Source: a plasmid. Taken from it: DNA of 64,000 nucleotides. Both the position numbers and the translations under genes were made by a program. The stretch lies in the sequence record NZ_CP067424.1; one strand, given 5' to 3'. Shown in pieces: positions 18,021 through 26,960 of the stretch. Under the pieces are notes generated by a model. That model was given only the letters and a program-made list of their open reading frames with translations. It did no database searches and had not been told where the DNA came from. The stretch's first letter is position 1, and every line of letters begins with the position of its first letter.

Positions 18021-18338
18021 TCAGGCAGCGGCTACCGGCGGGCGGTGGCTAGGTCTGCCGTCCTGTCCGGTGTACGGGCGCTCTGCCGCCTTAGCCCATA
18101 GATCGCCGACGTAGGCCCACAGCTCGGGAGCCATCCGGTCGCGCAGATGGACCAGAACGCCATGAGGGGCATTGGCTCCGGTGGCGAGCGAAATGCACTG
18201 ACCATTGCGATATCGGAAGGTCCGGTTCTCTGCCGACCGGAAGTCCTGGTCGCCCAAGCGGCACATCTCATAGACATGGTCGATGAGGTCGAAGCGGTCG
18301 CCCGAGTGGGTGGTGATGATACGTGCCGGTCCTGTGTT
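18021..18338 (-). pseudogene. C-terminal remnant of an ABC/AAA_21-type ATPase
   Basis: The minus strand reads ...TGPARIITTHSGDRFDLIDHVYEMCRLGD..., which looks like the H-loop/D-loop end of an ATPase with no upstream body. Only about 105 codons remain. Confidence 0.3.
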
Positions 18339-18821
18339 TTACAGTTTCACCTTGGAATATAGGGATGGGCGAGTCATCGACCTACGGGAAATTCACAGCC
18401 TGTCAGAGGGGCTCCTGCGGCTGACGGATCGGGTGATCAGGTAAGCCAGACCGCCGACGACTAAGCCGACTGGAACGACCGTTGCGATCATGCGGGGCAG
18501 GAATCGCTGGGTGATTTCAGGGTCTATAAAATACGCGACAACGCAGGTCAGGATGCCGCCGACCAGATAGACGATGCCGGGCGGTTGGAAAAGTAGCGGT
18601 TATCATTCATTTGAGGGGCTTTCTTCCAAAGGGTTGAAGGGCGATTTGCGGGAAGAAAACTGAGGTTGGGGAGAGGGGGTATTGCAAGTTAAAAGCGCCT
18701 GTCCCCGGACGGCGCTGAACCCCCTCCCTTTCTGCGATTTTCGTGTCCCTAGCCGTAGCCTGTTGTCCCTGATATGGGGTATACTACGATTTTACGTTAG
18801 TCAGGGTCAAGGAGGCAGGTC

Positions 18822-19592
18822 ATGGCAGGGCGGGTGCCGCTGGCGAGGTCGAAAGACGCGCTGATCGAGCGATGGCTGAGGTTCGCGCCGAAGGCCGGCG
18901 GAGAGTCGGCAGGGCGGGTTTACCTGCCCGACCTTGGAAAACCGAAGGCGGTGCATCGGGGTACGACACGGCTGGGCAGCGGCGAAGGGTCGTCGTACCG
19001 TCGCCGCGTGGTGGTGATCTCCTACCATTACCGCATGGCCGGTGCGGGATACTCTAAGTTGCACAGCCACATCCGGTATGTCGAGCGGCCCGGGGCCGGC
19101 GAACGGGCGGTGACGCCGTCGCTGATCGATCGAAACGGCGACGGCGTCACGGGCCATTCGGCCGTCCAGGGGTGGCGGGACGACCGGCACCATTTCAGGC
19201 TCATCCTGGCGCCGAACGACGGCGCGCAGCTCGACATGGCGGCCTATACCCGCGAGTACATGGCCGAGCTGGAGCGCCGTCTGGGCACCCGGCTGGACTG
19301 GTTCGCGGGCATCCACGAGAAGCCGGACGCGACGCACGCCATGAACCGGCACGCCCACGTCATCCTCCGGGGCATCGCCCAGGACGGAACCGACCTGGTG
19401 ATGGACAGGGAATTTATTCGGTTCGAGATGCGCCGCATCGCCGAGGATCTGGCGACCCGGCACCTGGGTCCGATGAGCCAGCGGGAGATGGACCGGTATA
19501 TGGAACGGCAGGCCCAACGGTTGCGAGACGGGGAACGGAACTACCACATGGGCCGGCGCCCGATCCGGGGGGAGGATCGCGGCCGTGATTGA
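18822..19592 (+). CDS. VirD2-like relaxase/mobilisation nuclease domain protein, short (256 aa)
   Basis: RRVVVISYHYRMAG...HIRYVERPGAGE...DDRHHFRLILAPNDGAQLDMAAYTREYMAELERRLGTRLDWFAGIHEKPDATHAMNRHAHVILRGIAQDGTDLVMDREFI matches the relaxase of Tn4371-type ICE/Trb plasmids, including the HxH motif. Its stop overlaps the traG start. Confidence 0.6.
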   Translation: MAGRVPLARSKDALIERWLRFAPKAGGESAGRVYLPDLGKPKAVHRGTTRLGSGEGSSYRRRVVVISYHYRMAGAGYSKLHSHIRYVERPGAGERAVTPSLIDRNGDGVTGHSAVQGWRDDRHHFRLILAPNDGAQLDMAAYTREYMAELERRLGTRLDWFAGIHEKPDATHAMNRHAHVILRGIAQDGTDLVMDREFIRFEMRRIAEDLATRHLGPMSQREMDRYMERQAQRLRDGERNYHMGRRPIRGEDRGRD

Positions 19593-21366
19593 CCTCGGGC
19601 AGATCCTGACCAACCCGGAACCGTTCGTGCAGGCCACGCGGACGTGGATCGAGACCAACGCCGTGCTGCTGGCCGGCTGCGCGGCCGGCGCGTTGACGGT
19701 CGCGGGGGTGGCCGGGGTCGGGGCCGGCTACGTCGTGGACCGGCTGCGCGATGCGGCCGAGGACCGGCAGCGTTACGGCGGCAAGAGGGAGGCGAAGCGC
19801 GCCGGGCTGCTGCGCAACCCGAAGCTGGAGTACTCCGGCATCCCCCTGGGTCGGATCGGGCGCAAGCACCTGTGCTGGGTAGACCAGGAGCCGGTGCTGG
19901 TGACGGGCGGCACCCGGTCGGGCAAGGGTGTCGGCGTGATCCGCCCGGCCTGCCTGACCTATGGCGGGCCGATGGTGATGTATGACGGCGGCAAGGGAGA
20001 GCTGTTCAGGACGACGTCGGGGTGGCGCAAGCGGTTCAGCCACGTCCTGAACCTCGACCTGACCAACCCGGCCGGCGTCCACTTCAACTTCCTGGAGGAG
20101 ATCGACCCGGCCAACCCGGTGGCCGGGGCCGACAACCTCGCCAAGTCGGTGCCGCGACCGGCCAGGTCGGACGAGCACTTCGAGGCCGGCGCCGACCGTC
20201 TGATGGGGGCGGTGATCCTGCACGTGCTGCACGGGGAGCCCGACGAGCGCAAGAACATGGCCGAGGTGGTCCGGCTGATCTCCCAGGGAGACGTCGGGAT
20301 GCGCCGCATAGCCGAAACGAAGGCGCATCCGGTGGCGGTCGACCGGATCAACGCCCTGTTCGGCGGCGACCCGTTCGGCGAGAAGTCCGGGGACGGCATG
20401 AAGTACCGCGGCATGTTCTACAACGCCGCCCTGGTGCGCCTGTCGCCCTTCGAGGACCCGATCGTCGCCCGGGTGACAGGCCGGTCGGACTTCAGGATGC
20501 GGGACCTGTTTCGGCTGAGCCCGAAGCGCAGGCCGGTGTCGCTCTACCTGACGACGCCGGCCAGCGATGACGATCGCCTGCGACCGGTGACCAGCATGTT
20601 CCTGTCCATGCTGATGGGCGCGATCATGAGGGAGCAACCGGCGCTGGAAGGGGAGCCGATGTCGCTGCTGGTGGTCGACGAGTTCGCCAGCCTGCGCCTG
20701 GAGATCCTGCAGACCGCGATCACCAAGATCGTCGGGTGCGGCGCCACCATGCTGCTGGGCGCCCAGTCGCTCAACGCCCTGCGTCAGGCGCCCTACGGGC
20801 CGTACAACCAGTTCCGCGACAACATCCGCTGCCACGTCGTCTACGCCGCCAACGACGGCATGACCCAGCAGGAAATCTCCCAGTCCTGCGGCACCGTCAC
20901 GGAACGGCGCAGGTCGACCAGCCGGAGTCGCTCTTCCGGCACCTGGGCGCGGTCGCATACCGAGAGCGTCAGCGAGGTCGAGCAGCCGGTCATCAACCCC
21001 GGCGGCGTCCGCCAGCTGAGGGATCGGTTCGAGCTGGTGCTTATCACCGGTCAGCCCGTGATCCGGGCGCGCAAAATCGTGGACCACAAGGACCGCATCC
21101 TGCGCAAGCGGCTGGATCTGCCCCAGGCTGCCCTGCGCGGCTCCGACGGCGCCTATCCTGATCTGCCGCACCCGCACCGCCCGAGCGCCTGGGCGGGCGT
21201 GCCGGTTCACCCGCAAACCCCGGAAGCCATGGCCTCCGGCGCCGGGGCCGTCGATGACGGCGATTTGCCGGAACCGCCGGCGAATGACGACGCCACCGCT
21301 CCCCCTGCCAGGCCGAAGCCGAGGCGCAAGCGAAAGCTGATCACAGCCCCTGGAGGTGAAGAATGA
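19585..21366 (+). CDS. traG: Type IV coupling protein TraG/VirD4
   Basis: Walker A VTGGTRSGKGVG and Walker B LLVVDEFASL. The protein is 593 aa. Confidence 0.9.
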   Translation: MIDLGQILTNPEPFVQATRTWIETNAVLLAGCAAGALTVAGVAGVGAGYVVDRLRDAAEDRQRYGGKREAKRAGLLRNPKLEYSGIPLGRIGRKHLCWVDQEPVLVTGGTRSGKGVGVIRPACLTYGGPMVMYDGGKGELFRTTSGWRKRFSHVLNLDLTNPAGVHFNFLEEIDPANPVAGADNLAKSVPRPARSDEHFEAGADRLMGAVILHVLHGEPDERKNMAEVVRLISQGDVGMRRIAETKAHPVAVDRINALFGGDPFGEKSGDGMKYRGMFYNAALVRLSPFEDPIVARVTGRSDFRMRDLFRLSPKRRPVSLYLTTPASDDDRLRPVTSMFLSMLMGAIMREQPALEGEPMSLLVVDEFASLRLEILQTAITKIVGCGATMLLGAQSLNALRQAPYGPYNQFRDNIRCHVVYAANDGMTQQEISQSCGTVTERRRSTSRSRSSGTWARSHTESVSEVEQPVINPGGVRQLRDRFELVLITGQPVIRARKIVDHKDRILRKRLDLPQAALRGSDGAYPDLPHPHRPSAWAGVPVHPQTPEAMASGAGAVDDGDLPEPPANDDATAPPARPKPRRKRKLITAPGGEE

Positions 21367-21689
21367 CGAAGGTCGAATTCAAGCTCTACCTGGAGCCGAA
21401 CCTGGCATCCCAGATAACCGAGACGACGGCGCAGTTCCGCGGCGCCGGCCGGAAGGTCTCCCGCAACGAGGTATTGGAGCAGCTGATCGAGGACGGTTTC
21501 CGCCTGTGGCGCCGGGAGGCGCAGGTGGTCAACCGTGTGGAGGCCGGCATCGCCAAGCTGCTCGACCAGTCGGCCCGCCAGGACCGGCTCCTGCGCTCGA
21601 TCCTGCTGACCCTTGCCGAGGGCGACCAGGTAGAATACCGCAGGGTGATCGAAACCATTGAACGCGAGGATGCCGGCAATGCCGCTTGA
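21363..21689 (+). CDS. Ribbon-helix-helix (CopG-like) protein between traG and trbB
   Basis: A 108-aa protein in the position where Tn4371-like Trb clusters carry a CopG-family gene. It is start-stop coupled to traG. Confidence 0.45.
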   Translation: MTKVEFKLYLEPNLASQITETTAQFRGAGRKVSRNEVLEQLIEDGFRLWRREAQVVNRVEAGIAKLLDQSARQDRLLRSILLTLAEGDQVEYRRVIETIEREDAGNAA

Positions 21690-22641
21690 GCTGCAGGGGG
21701 AGAACCTGACCGCGAACCGGACCGAGGGCATGAGGCGCCTGCTGGACGACCTGGAGGACGCCTACGGCCCGATCATCCGGACGGCCAAGCAGACGCCGGG
21801 CTGCACCGACATCATGGTGAACGAGGACGGCGCGATCTGGCTGACAGTCGGCGGGCAGGACAGGCCGACCGGCGAGCACCTGACCGAACACGCCGCGCGC
21901 CGGATCGTCACCTTGGTCTCGGACATCGACAATCACCCGATCGAGAAGGCGGCGCTGTCGGCCAACCTGCCGACCGGCGAGCGGTTCGCGGCCCTGCTGC
22001 CGCCCACGGTGCGCCGGATCACCTTCTCGATCCGCCTGCCGCCGGGGCGGATCTTCACGGTGGACGATTATGTCGCCGCCGGCGCCATGACGGAGGCGCA
22101 TGCCGACGTGCTGCGCGCGGGCGTGGCCGACCGCAAGAACATCCTGATCGTCGGCGGCACCGGAGCGGGCAAGACGACGCTGGGCAACGCCCTGCTGGCG
22201 GAGGCGCCGTTCCGGTCCAGCCGGGTCTTCATCATCCAGGACCAGGACGAACTGCGGGTGAGTGGTCCCAACGTGGTCCGCGCCTTCACCGGCGCGATGA
22301 ATGCCCGCGAGCTGGTCCGCGAGGCCTTGCGCCACAAGCCCGACCGCATCGTGATCGGCGAAATCCGGGACGGGGAGACGGCACTGGAATGGATTGGTGC
22401 CAGTAACACCGGCCACCCCGGCGGGCTTTCCACGGTCCACGCCAACTCGGCGGCGCATGGCCTGTCGCGCATCTCGCGACTGATCGGCCACGTAGCCGCC
22501 AACGTGCCGCACGGCGACATCATCGAGGCGGTCGACATGGTGGCGTTCATCCGGCGGGAGCGGGACGGATCACGGCGCCTGGCCGAGATCGTAAAGCCGA
22601 CCGGGCATGACGGAGAGAGATACCGGACAGACACCGTCTAG
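21658..22641 (+). CDS. trbB: Conjugal transfer ATPase TrbB (VirB11 family)
   Basis: Walker A ILIVGGTGAGKTTL plus the VirB11-like motifs ...RIVIGEIRDGE... and ...GHPGGLSTVHANSA... Confidence 0.9.
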   Translation: MNARMPAMPLELQGENLTANRTEGMRRLLDDLEDAYGPIIRTAKQTPGCTDIMVNEDGAIWLTVGGQDRPTGEHLTEHAARRIVTLVSDIDNHPIEKAALSANLPTGERFAALLPPTVRRITFSIRLPPGRIFTVDDYVAAGAMTEAHADVLRAGVADRKNILIVGGTGAGKTTLGNALLAEAPFRSSRVFIIQDQDELRVSGPNVVRAFTGAMNARELVREALRHKPDRIVIGEIRDGETALEWIGASNTGHPGGLSTVHANSAAHGLSRISRLIGHVAANVPHGDIIEAVDMVAFIRRERDGSRRLAEIVKPTGHDGERYRTDTV

Positions 22642-22661
22642 GGAGGACACTATAAAACAGG

Positions 22662-23093
22662 TTATGGCCCCGTGGGAAGGCCCAGGCGCAGCAGCGACGC
22701 AACCAAGCCGCTTTCGCTGATATCCAGCGCAGCCTGGGACGGGGTGAGCCAACGCCGTTCACGCTCGTCCCGTTCCGGCCAGTCCTCCAGCTCCTGCGCG
22801 ACCTCCAGAAGGTAGACGGTGACATGACACTCGACCGACTGCCTCGCCGTCAGGCGCTTGTCATAGCGGTAGGTGCAGTAAGGAGCAGCCGCGACCCTGC
22901 CCCGGACCCCGGCTTCCTCAAACGCCTCCCGGGCGGCCATGTCATGCGGCTCTGTGCCCTTCTCGGCCCATCCCTTGGGAATGATCCAGCGCCGCGTCTC
23001 GCGCGACGTGATCAGGAGCACTTCGAGCCGGTCCCGGACAGAGCGGTATGGCAGGGCGGCGAACTGGGATCGGGGTTTACGCTGCTTGCTCAT
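22662..23093 (-). CDS. NUDIX hydrolase
   Basis: Nudix box GWAEKGTEPHDMAAREAFEEAGVRG (REx2EExGU). It is transcribed antisense to the flanking trb genes. Confidence 0.8.
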   Translation of the reverse strand: MSKQRKPRSQFAALPYRSVRDRLEVLLITSRETRRWIIPKGWAEKGTEPHDMAAREAFEEAGVRGRVAAAPYCTYRYDKRLTARQSVECHVTVYLLEVAQELEDWPERDERERRWLTPSQAALDISESGLVASLLRLGLPTGP

Positions 23094-23316
23094 GTCTCGC
23101 TCACGGCCGGCGTAGCCACGGCGGAAAGTTCCGTACCGGCAGAGGCTTTCTGTTTCTGGCAGATTTATCGATTACAACAGGTTACGCGGGGCGCACTCCC
23201 CATACCATCCCTTCCGCATTCGTCGTGCCTCATGGCATTTTTGGCTGAGTTGTTCGCTATCGTACCGACACTCACAGCATAACCGTCCTTCTATCTTGCA
23301 ACCAGCAGGAAGGAGG

Positions 23317-23484
23317 CAATGATGAACCGCAAAATAGCCACTGATAACAAGAATTACGAGAGTAAAAACCTTTTAAGGTCGTTGGAATTTGCTCAATATT
23401 TCATTGAGAACTCCCGATGTGCAGATGATGAGGCGGAAGAACTTAGGGCTAAGCTAGAATTAAACGCTCAACATCTTCGACGCT
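23317..23484 (+). CDS. Small hypothetical protein (55 aa), low-GC
   Basis: An ATG is preceded by AGGAAGGAGG. The product is MMNRKIATDNKNYESKNLLRSLEFAQYFIENSRCADDEAEELRAKLELNAQHLRR, which is below the ORF-track length cutoff. Confidence 0.3.
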
Positions 23485-23704
23485 AATGACCACCTTTGAC
23501 CGATCGGACCTGGAGAAAGCCTTTCGCGAGTGCTACGACACCGTTCATCGGCATTTCGAACAATTACCCGAATAGTGAGCTGCGCATTAGTGGATGTCAT
23601 TCAAGATTTTCCATCTCTGGTACGGCAGCGTACCATCAGAAAACGTTCCTTGTGCTCTCTTCCATCAGGACTGACTAGCTTCAGGAATTTTCCTCCCTGA
23701 TCTG

Positions 23705-23739
23705 ATGGCCATCCAAGCTCCCGCGGATGGCCACTTTTT
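23705..23739 (+). terminator. Rho-independent terminator hairpin
   Basis: TGGCCATCC-aagctcccgc-GGATGGCCA (9-bp stem) followed by CTTTTTC. Confidence 0.5.
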
Positions 23740-23751
23740 CGTTGGAAGGCT

Positions 23752-23958
23752 ATGGCACAGGATCGCGTCTGTCTGCTTGATCACCTGGACGGCCTGATCT
23801 ATCTGGCCGATCAGGCATGGCAGCTTCCACCGGGCAGAAGTTTGTATCTCGTGCATACCTTCCAGCACCTGGGGCAGGCATATCAGGATGCCGCCCTGGC
23901 GCAGCGGGAAGAGCGGCCCACACGGTTGCGTATCTCGTATAATTACATTCTCAAGTAG
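23752..23958 (+). CDS. Small protein, paralogue A1 of a 4-member tandem family
   Basis: 68 aa with the shared motif LLDHLDGLIYLADQAWQLPPGRS. An RBS GGAAGG lies upstream. Confidence 0.45.
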   Translation: MAQDRVCLLDHLDGLIYLADQAWQLPPGRSLYLVHTFQHLGQAYQDAALAQREERPTRLRISYNYILK

Positions 23959-24039
23959 TATATTTTTCCATATTGTTTGTTCCGCGATCCTGCCGCCGGT
24001 GGCCTGTTGGGTCGGGACGGAACAGGACCATGACAGTGT

Positions 24040-24253
24040 GCATGTCGGCCTGGACCGGTTGATTGAACTGGCGCGCCAGGCTTCGCCAGACAAGCGCATG
24101 CGGCTGATCCGGGCATTCCGGCAGGTCGCCGAGGTACTCCAGGAGGTCATTCGGGTTCGGGAAGAAATGCACGGCGCCGGGAATGAACCCAGCCGGCGGT
24201 ACCCTGTTAGGGACCTATGGAAATCGATTACGCAGCCTCGCGCGCCCGCCTGA
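24040..24253 (+). CDS. Small protein, paralogue B1 (GTG start inside track ORF 23888..24253)
   Basis: VGLDRLIELARQASPDKRMRLIRAFRQVAEVLQEVIRVREE shares the pattern LD-LI-LA-QA..P..R..L...F with A1. Confidence 0.35.
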
Positions 24254-24492
24254 AACGGCTAACGGAACTGCTGGAAATAATCCGGGGAGCTCCGCACCAG
24301 GATCAGGCTCGGCTGTCACAGACCCTCATGCTGGTCTGCCAGGCGCTTCAGACTGTTGCCCGGGTACGTTTGCAGATCGGCGATCCCGGACAGGTGAGGC
24401 AGGCCGTCGAGCTTGAGGCGCTGTGCTGGAAGTTCGAGAGGACGGCCCTGCGGTACGAAACGCGCTCGAAATTCAGAGGTGATCAACTGTAG
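24217..24492 (+). CDS. Small protein, paralogue B2
   Basis: 91 aa; ARLKRLTELLEIIRGAPHQDQARLSQTLMLVCQALQTVARVR is related to B1. It overlaps the end of B1. Confidence 0.4.
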   Translation: MEIDYAASRARLKRLTELLEIIRGAPHQDQARLSQTLMLVCQALQTVARVRLQIGDPGQVRQAVELEALCWKFERTALRYETRSKFRGDQL

Positions 24493-24514
24493 CGATCTTC
24501 CCATAGCACTAGCC

Positions 24515-24766
24515 ATGAGCAGGCTTGACCCGATCCACCGGTCGGTTGTTGCATGGGGCATGGAGCAGCATGATCCTACCCTGCTCGACCAGGTGAACGG
24601 GGTTATTTCCCTGGCGGACGTGGCGTGGCGCCTACCGCCGGGGCGTTCCGCTTCCCTGGCCCGGAAATTCCGGCTTATCGGCTTGGTCTTTGAAGCCTCT
24701 GCGGCTGTCCAGAAGCGCGATATGCTTAGAGAGCTGCAAATCACATACGACGACATCCGTCAGTAG
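24515..24766 (+). CDS. Small protein, paralogue A2
   Basis: LLDQVNGVISLADVAWRLPPGRSASLARKFRLIGLVF aligns with A1. The 3' flank motif CC/TATAT..TTGGTTCCGCGATCC is duplicated from the A1 flank. Confidence 0.45.
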   Translation: MSRLDPIHRSVVAWGMEQHDPTLLDQVNGVISLADVAWRLPPGRSASLARKFRLIGLVFEASAAVQKRDMLRELQITYDDIRQ

Positions 24767-24975
24767 CATATTTACTATATCGTTGGTTCCGCGATCCGGC
24801 CGTCGCCGGATCAGCGTGTATTTCCAGCGGGCTCGCGCCTCGCGCGAGGTTGTAGGCGTCGCTGAAGGCCGGTTCCGGCCCTCTTGACACAAATTCTGGT
24901 GCTGCCAGCGGTTGGAAGGCAGGGATGCAGACTGGCTTAGCGATGATCCTGTCCGTTCGATGGATGGTCGCTCTA

Positions 24976-26282
24976 ACAGGCTGCGGAAAAAGGGCTGTGC
25001 ACGGGCGGGCGGTCGTGATTCTCTTCGGTGGTGTAGACTGCGGCCGGCGAGGGGACGATGCGGGGATTGGACGAACGCAGCGAGGGTCTGTTCAGCTACG
25101 TGAGCTGTGAAGCGCGGGTTCCGGCGAGCCATCCGTTGCGGCCGATCCGGGCCATCGTGGACGAGGCGCTGGAGGTGATGTCGCCGGCCTTCGAGGGGCT
25201 GTACTCCAGGATTGGGCGACCATCGATCCCGCCGGAGAAGCTGCTGCGGGCGCTGCTGCTGCAGGCCTTCTACTCGGTGCGCTCGGAGCGTCAGCTGATG
25301 GAACAGCTCGATTACAACCTGCTGTTCCGCTGGTTCGTCGGCCTGTCGATGGACGCGCCGGTGTGGGACGTGACGGTGTTCACCAAGAACCGTGAACGGC
25401 TGCTGGCCGGCGATGTGGCGGCCAAGTTCCTGGCTAGCGTGCTGGATCAGCCGCGGGTCAAAACGCTGCTGTCGGACGAGCATTTCTCGGTGGACGGCAC
25501 GCTGATTGAAGCGTGGGCCGCGGTGAAGAGCTTCCGGCCCAAGGACGGCAGCGGCGAGCCGCCGGGGCCGGGACGCAACGGCGAACGCGACTTCCATGGC
25601 GAGAAGCGCTCCAACGAGACCCACGCCTCGACTACCGATCCCGAGGCGCGGCTGTACCGCAAGGGCAACGGGCAGCCGGCGAAGCTGGCCTTCATGGGTC
25701 ATGCGCTGATGGAGAACCGCCACGCCCTGGTGGTGGATGTCCGGCTGACGGCGGCCACCGGCTTGGCCGAGCGCGAGGCGGCGGTGGCCATGGTCGAGGC
25801 CATTCCGGGCCGCCACCGCATCACGGTCGGGGCCGACAAGGCCTACGACACCAGGGATTTCGTGGCGAACATGCGCGAGTTGGGCGCGGCCCCGCACGTC
25901 GCCCAGAACACGAACAACCGCCGCTCGGCGATCGACGGCCGGACCACCCGCCACCCCGGCTACGCCGTCAGCCAGCGGATCCGCAAGCGGATCGAAGAGG
26001 TGTTCGGCTGGATCAAGGGAGCCGGCTTGCGCAAAACGCGTCATCGCGGCACGGCCCGTGTCGGTTGGATGTTCACGCTGACCGCCGCGGCCTACAACCT
26101 GATCCGCCTGCCCAAGCTGCTGGCTGCGGCATAATCACGTCCGGAGCCCGCCTCAACGGCGGCTCCGCGAGCCCTGGATCGAGGCAAACCGCTCCATCTC
26201 GACCAAAACGGGCGTCCAAAGCGCCCTCTTCAAGCCTCGGCGGAGGCAACGGCGCTGCGAAGGCCCATTTTTCCGCGTCCTG
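24976..26282 (+). mobile_element. IS5-family insertion sequence (boundaries approximate)
   Basis: Imperfect terminal IRs AACAGGCTGCGGAAAAAGGGC (about 24976) and GCCCATTTTTCCGCGTCCTGCT (about 26262) flank the transposase gene. Confidence 0.6.
25058..26134 (+). CDS. IS5-family DDE transposase
   Basis: The 358-aa protein contains ...LLFRWFVGLSMDAPVWDVTVFTKNRERL...VGADKAYDTRDFV..., matching DDE_Tnp_1. Confidence 0.85.
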   Translation: MRGLDERSEGLFSYVSCEARVPASHPLRPIRAIVDEALEVMSPAFEGLYSRIGRPSIPPEKLLRALLLQAFYSVRSERQLMEQLDYNLLFRWFVGLSMDAPVWDVTVFTKNRERLLAGDVAAKFLASVLDQPRVKTLLSDEHFSVDGTLIEAWAAVKSFRPKDGSGEPPGPGRNGERDFHGEKRSNETHASTTDPEARLYRKGNGQPAKLAFMGHALMENRHALVVDVRLTAATGLAEREAAVAMVEAIPGRHRITVGADKAYDTRDFVANMRELGAAPHVAQNTNNRRSAIDGRTTRHPGYAVSQRIRKRIEEVFGWIKGAGLRKTRHRGTARVGWMFTLTAAAYNLIRLPKLLAAA

Positions 26283-26318
26283 CTAAAGGCATTGCCTGAC
26301 GGGGTCTTTGGTGTACTA

Positions 26319-26341
26319 TTGACTACGAATTATTTGTAGTA
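26319..26341 (+). promoter_or_regulatory. Palindromic promoter/operator TTGACTAC-N10-GTAGTA upstream of trbC
   Basis: TTGACTACGAATTATTTGTAGTA; a second copy lies upstream of trbG (33484-33507). Confidence 0.4.
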
Positions 26342-26367
26342 TTACGCAGCCTTGAGGGAGTCATCCT

Positions 26368-26685
26368 ATGCGCAAGACCTTGGGCGATGCAGCATCTTTC
26401 GCGCTGGCCACGCTGATCGTCACCGCGGCCGACCCGGCGCTGGCGCAGTTCAACGGCGGCGGTGACGTGCCGTTCCAGCAGGGTATGAGCACGGTGCTGA
26501 ACTGGGCCTTCGTCGCCGGCATCGCGGTGGCGCTGTTCTCGTTCATCCTGGCCTGCGTCTTCCTGTTCATGCGGAACCTGATCGGTTTCGCCGGCGGTGT
26601 CCTGGGCGTCCTGATCGGCGGTGCGCTGATGGCGAATGCCCCGACCATCGTCCAGGGGCTGACCAACCTGTCGAGCCCGTTCTGA
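26368..26685 (+). CDS. trbC: Conjugative pilin TrbC (VirB2)
   Basis: 105 aa with a signal peptide and two hydrophobic segments. It sits just before trbD-trbE. Confidence 0.8.
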   Translation: MRKTLGDAASFALATLIVTAADPALAQFNGGGDVPFQQGMSTVLNWAFVAGIAVALFSFILACVFLFMRNLIGFAGGVLGVLIGGALMANAPTIVQGLTNLSSPF

Positions 26686-26960
26686 TGGAGGCCGGGCGGA
26701 CTTACAAGAGCCTGGAGGTGCCGCCCAACTATTTCGGGTGCCACATCCACGTGGCGCTGATCGCCATCCTGATGCCGGTGGCGGCCCTGCTGGGCTTCCT
26801 GTTCCTGGACTGGCTGACGGCCCTGCTGCTGGTGCTGTCCGCCCTTGGCTCTTCCGCGACCGTGTTCTCGCTGGGTGCCTGGTTCGGACGCGAAGACCCT
26901 TACTGGGTCGAGGGCGGGCAGAGGCATCTCCTGGACGAGGAGCACTATCTCGATGTTTAG
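26685..26960 (+). CDS. trbD: TrbD (VirB3)
   Basis: A 91-aa membrane protein, start-stop coupled to trbC and trbE. Confidence 0.75.
   Translation: MEAGRTYKSLEVPPNYFGCHIHVALIAILMPVAALLGFLFLDWLTALLLVLSALGSSATVFSLGAWFGREDPYWVEGGQRHLLDEEHYLDV

Noticed and set aside
19414-21216. 600-aa minus-strand ORF
   Set aside because: It is antisense to traG, whose Walker motifs identify the true frame.
24632-26044. 470-aa minus-strand ORF
   Set aside because: It is antisense to the IS5-family transposase.
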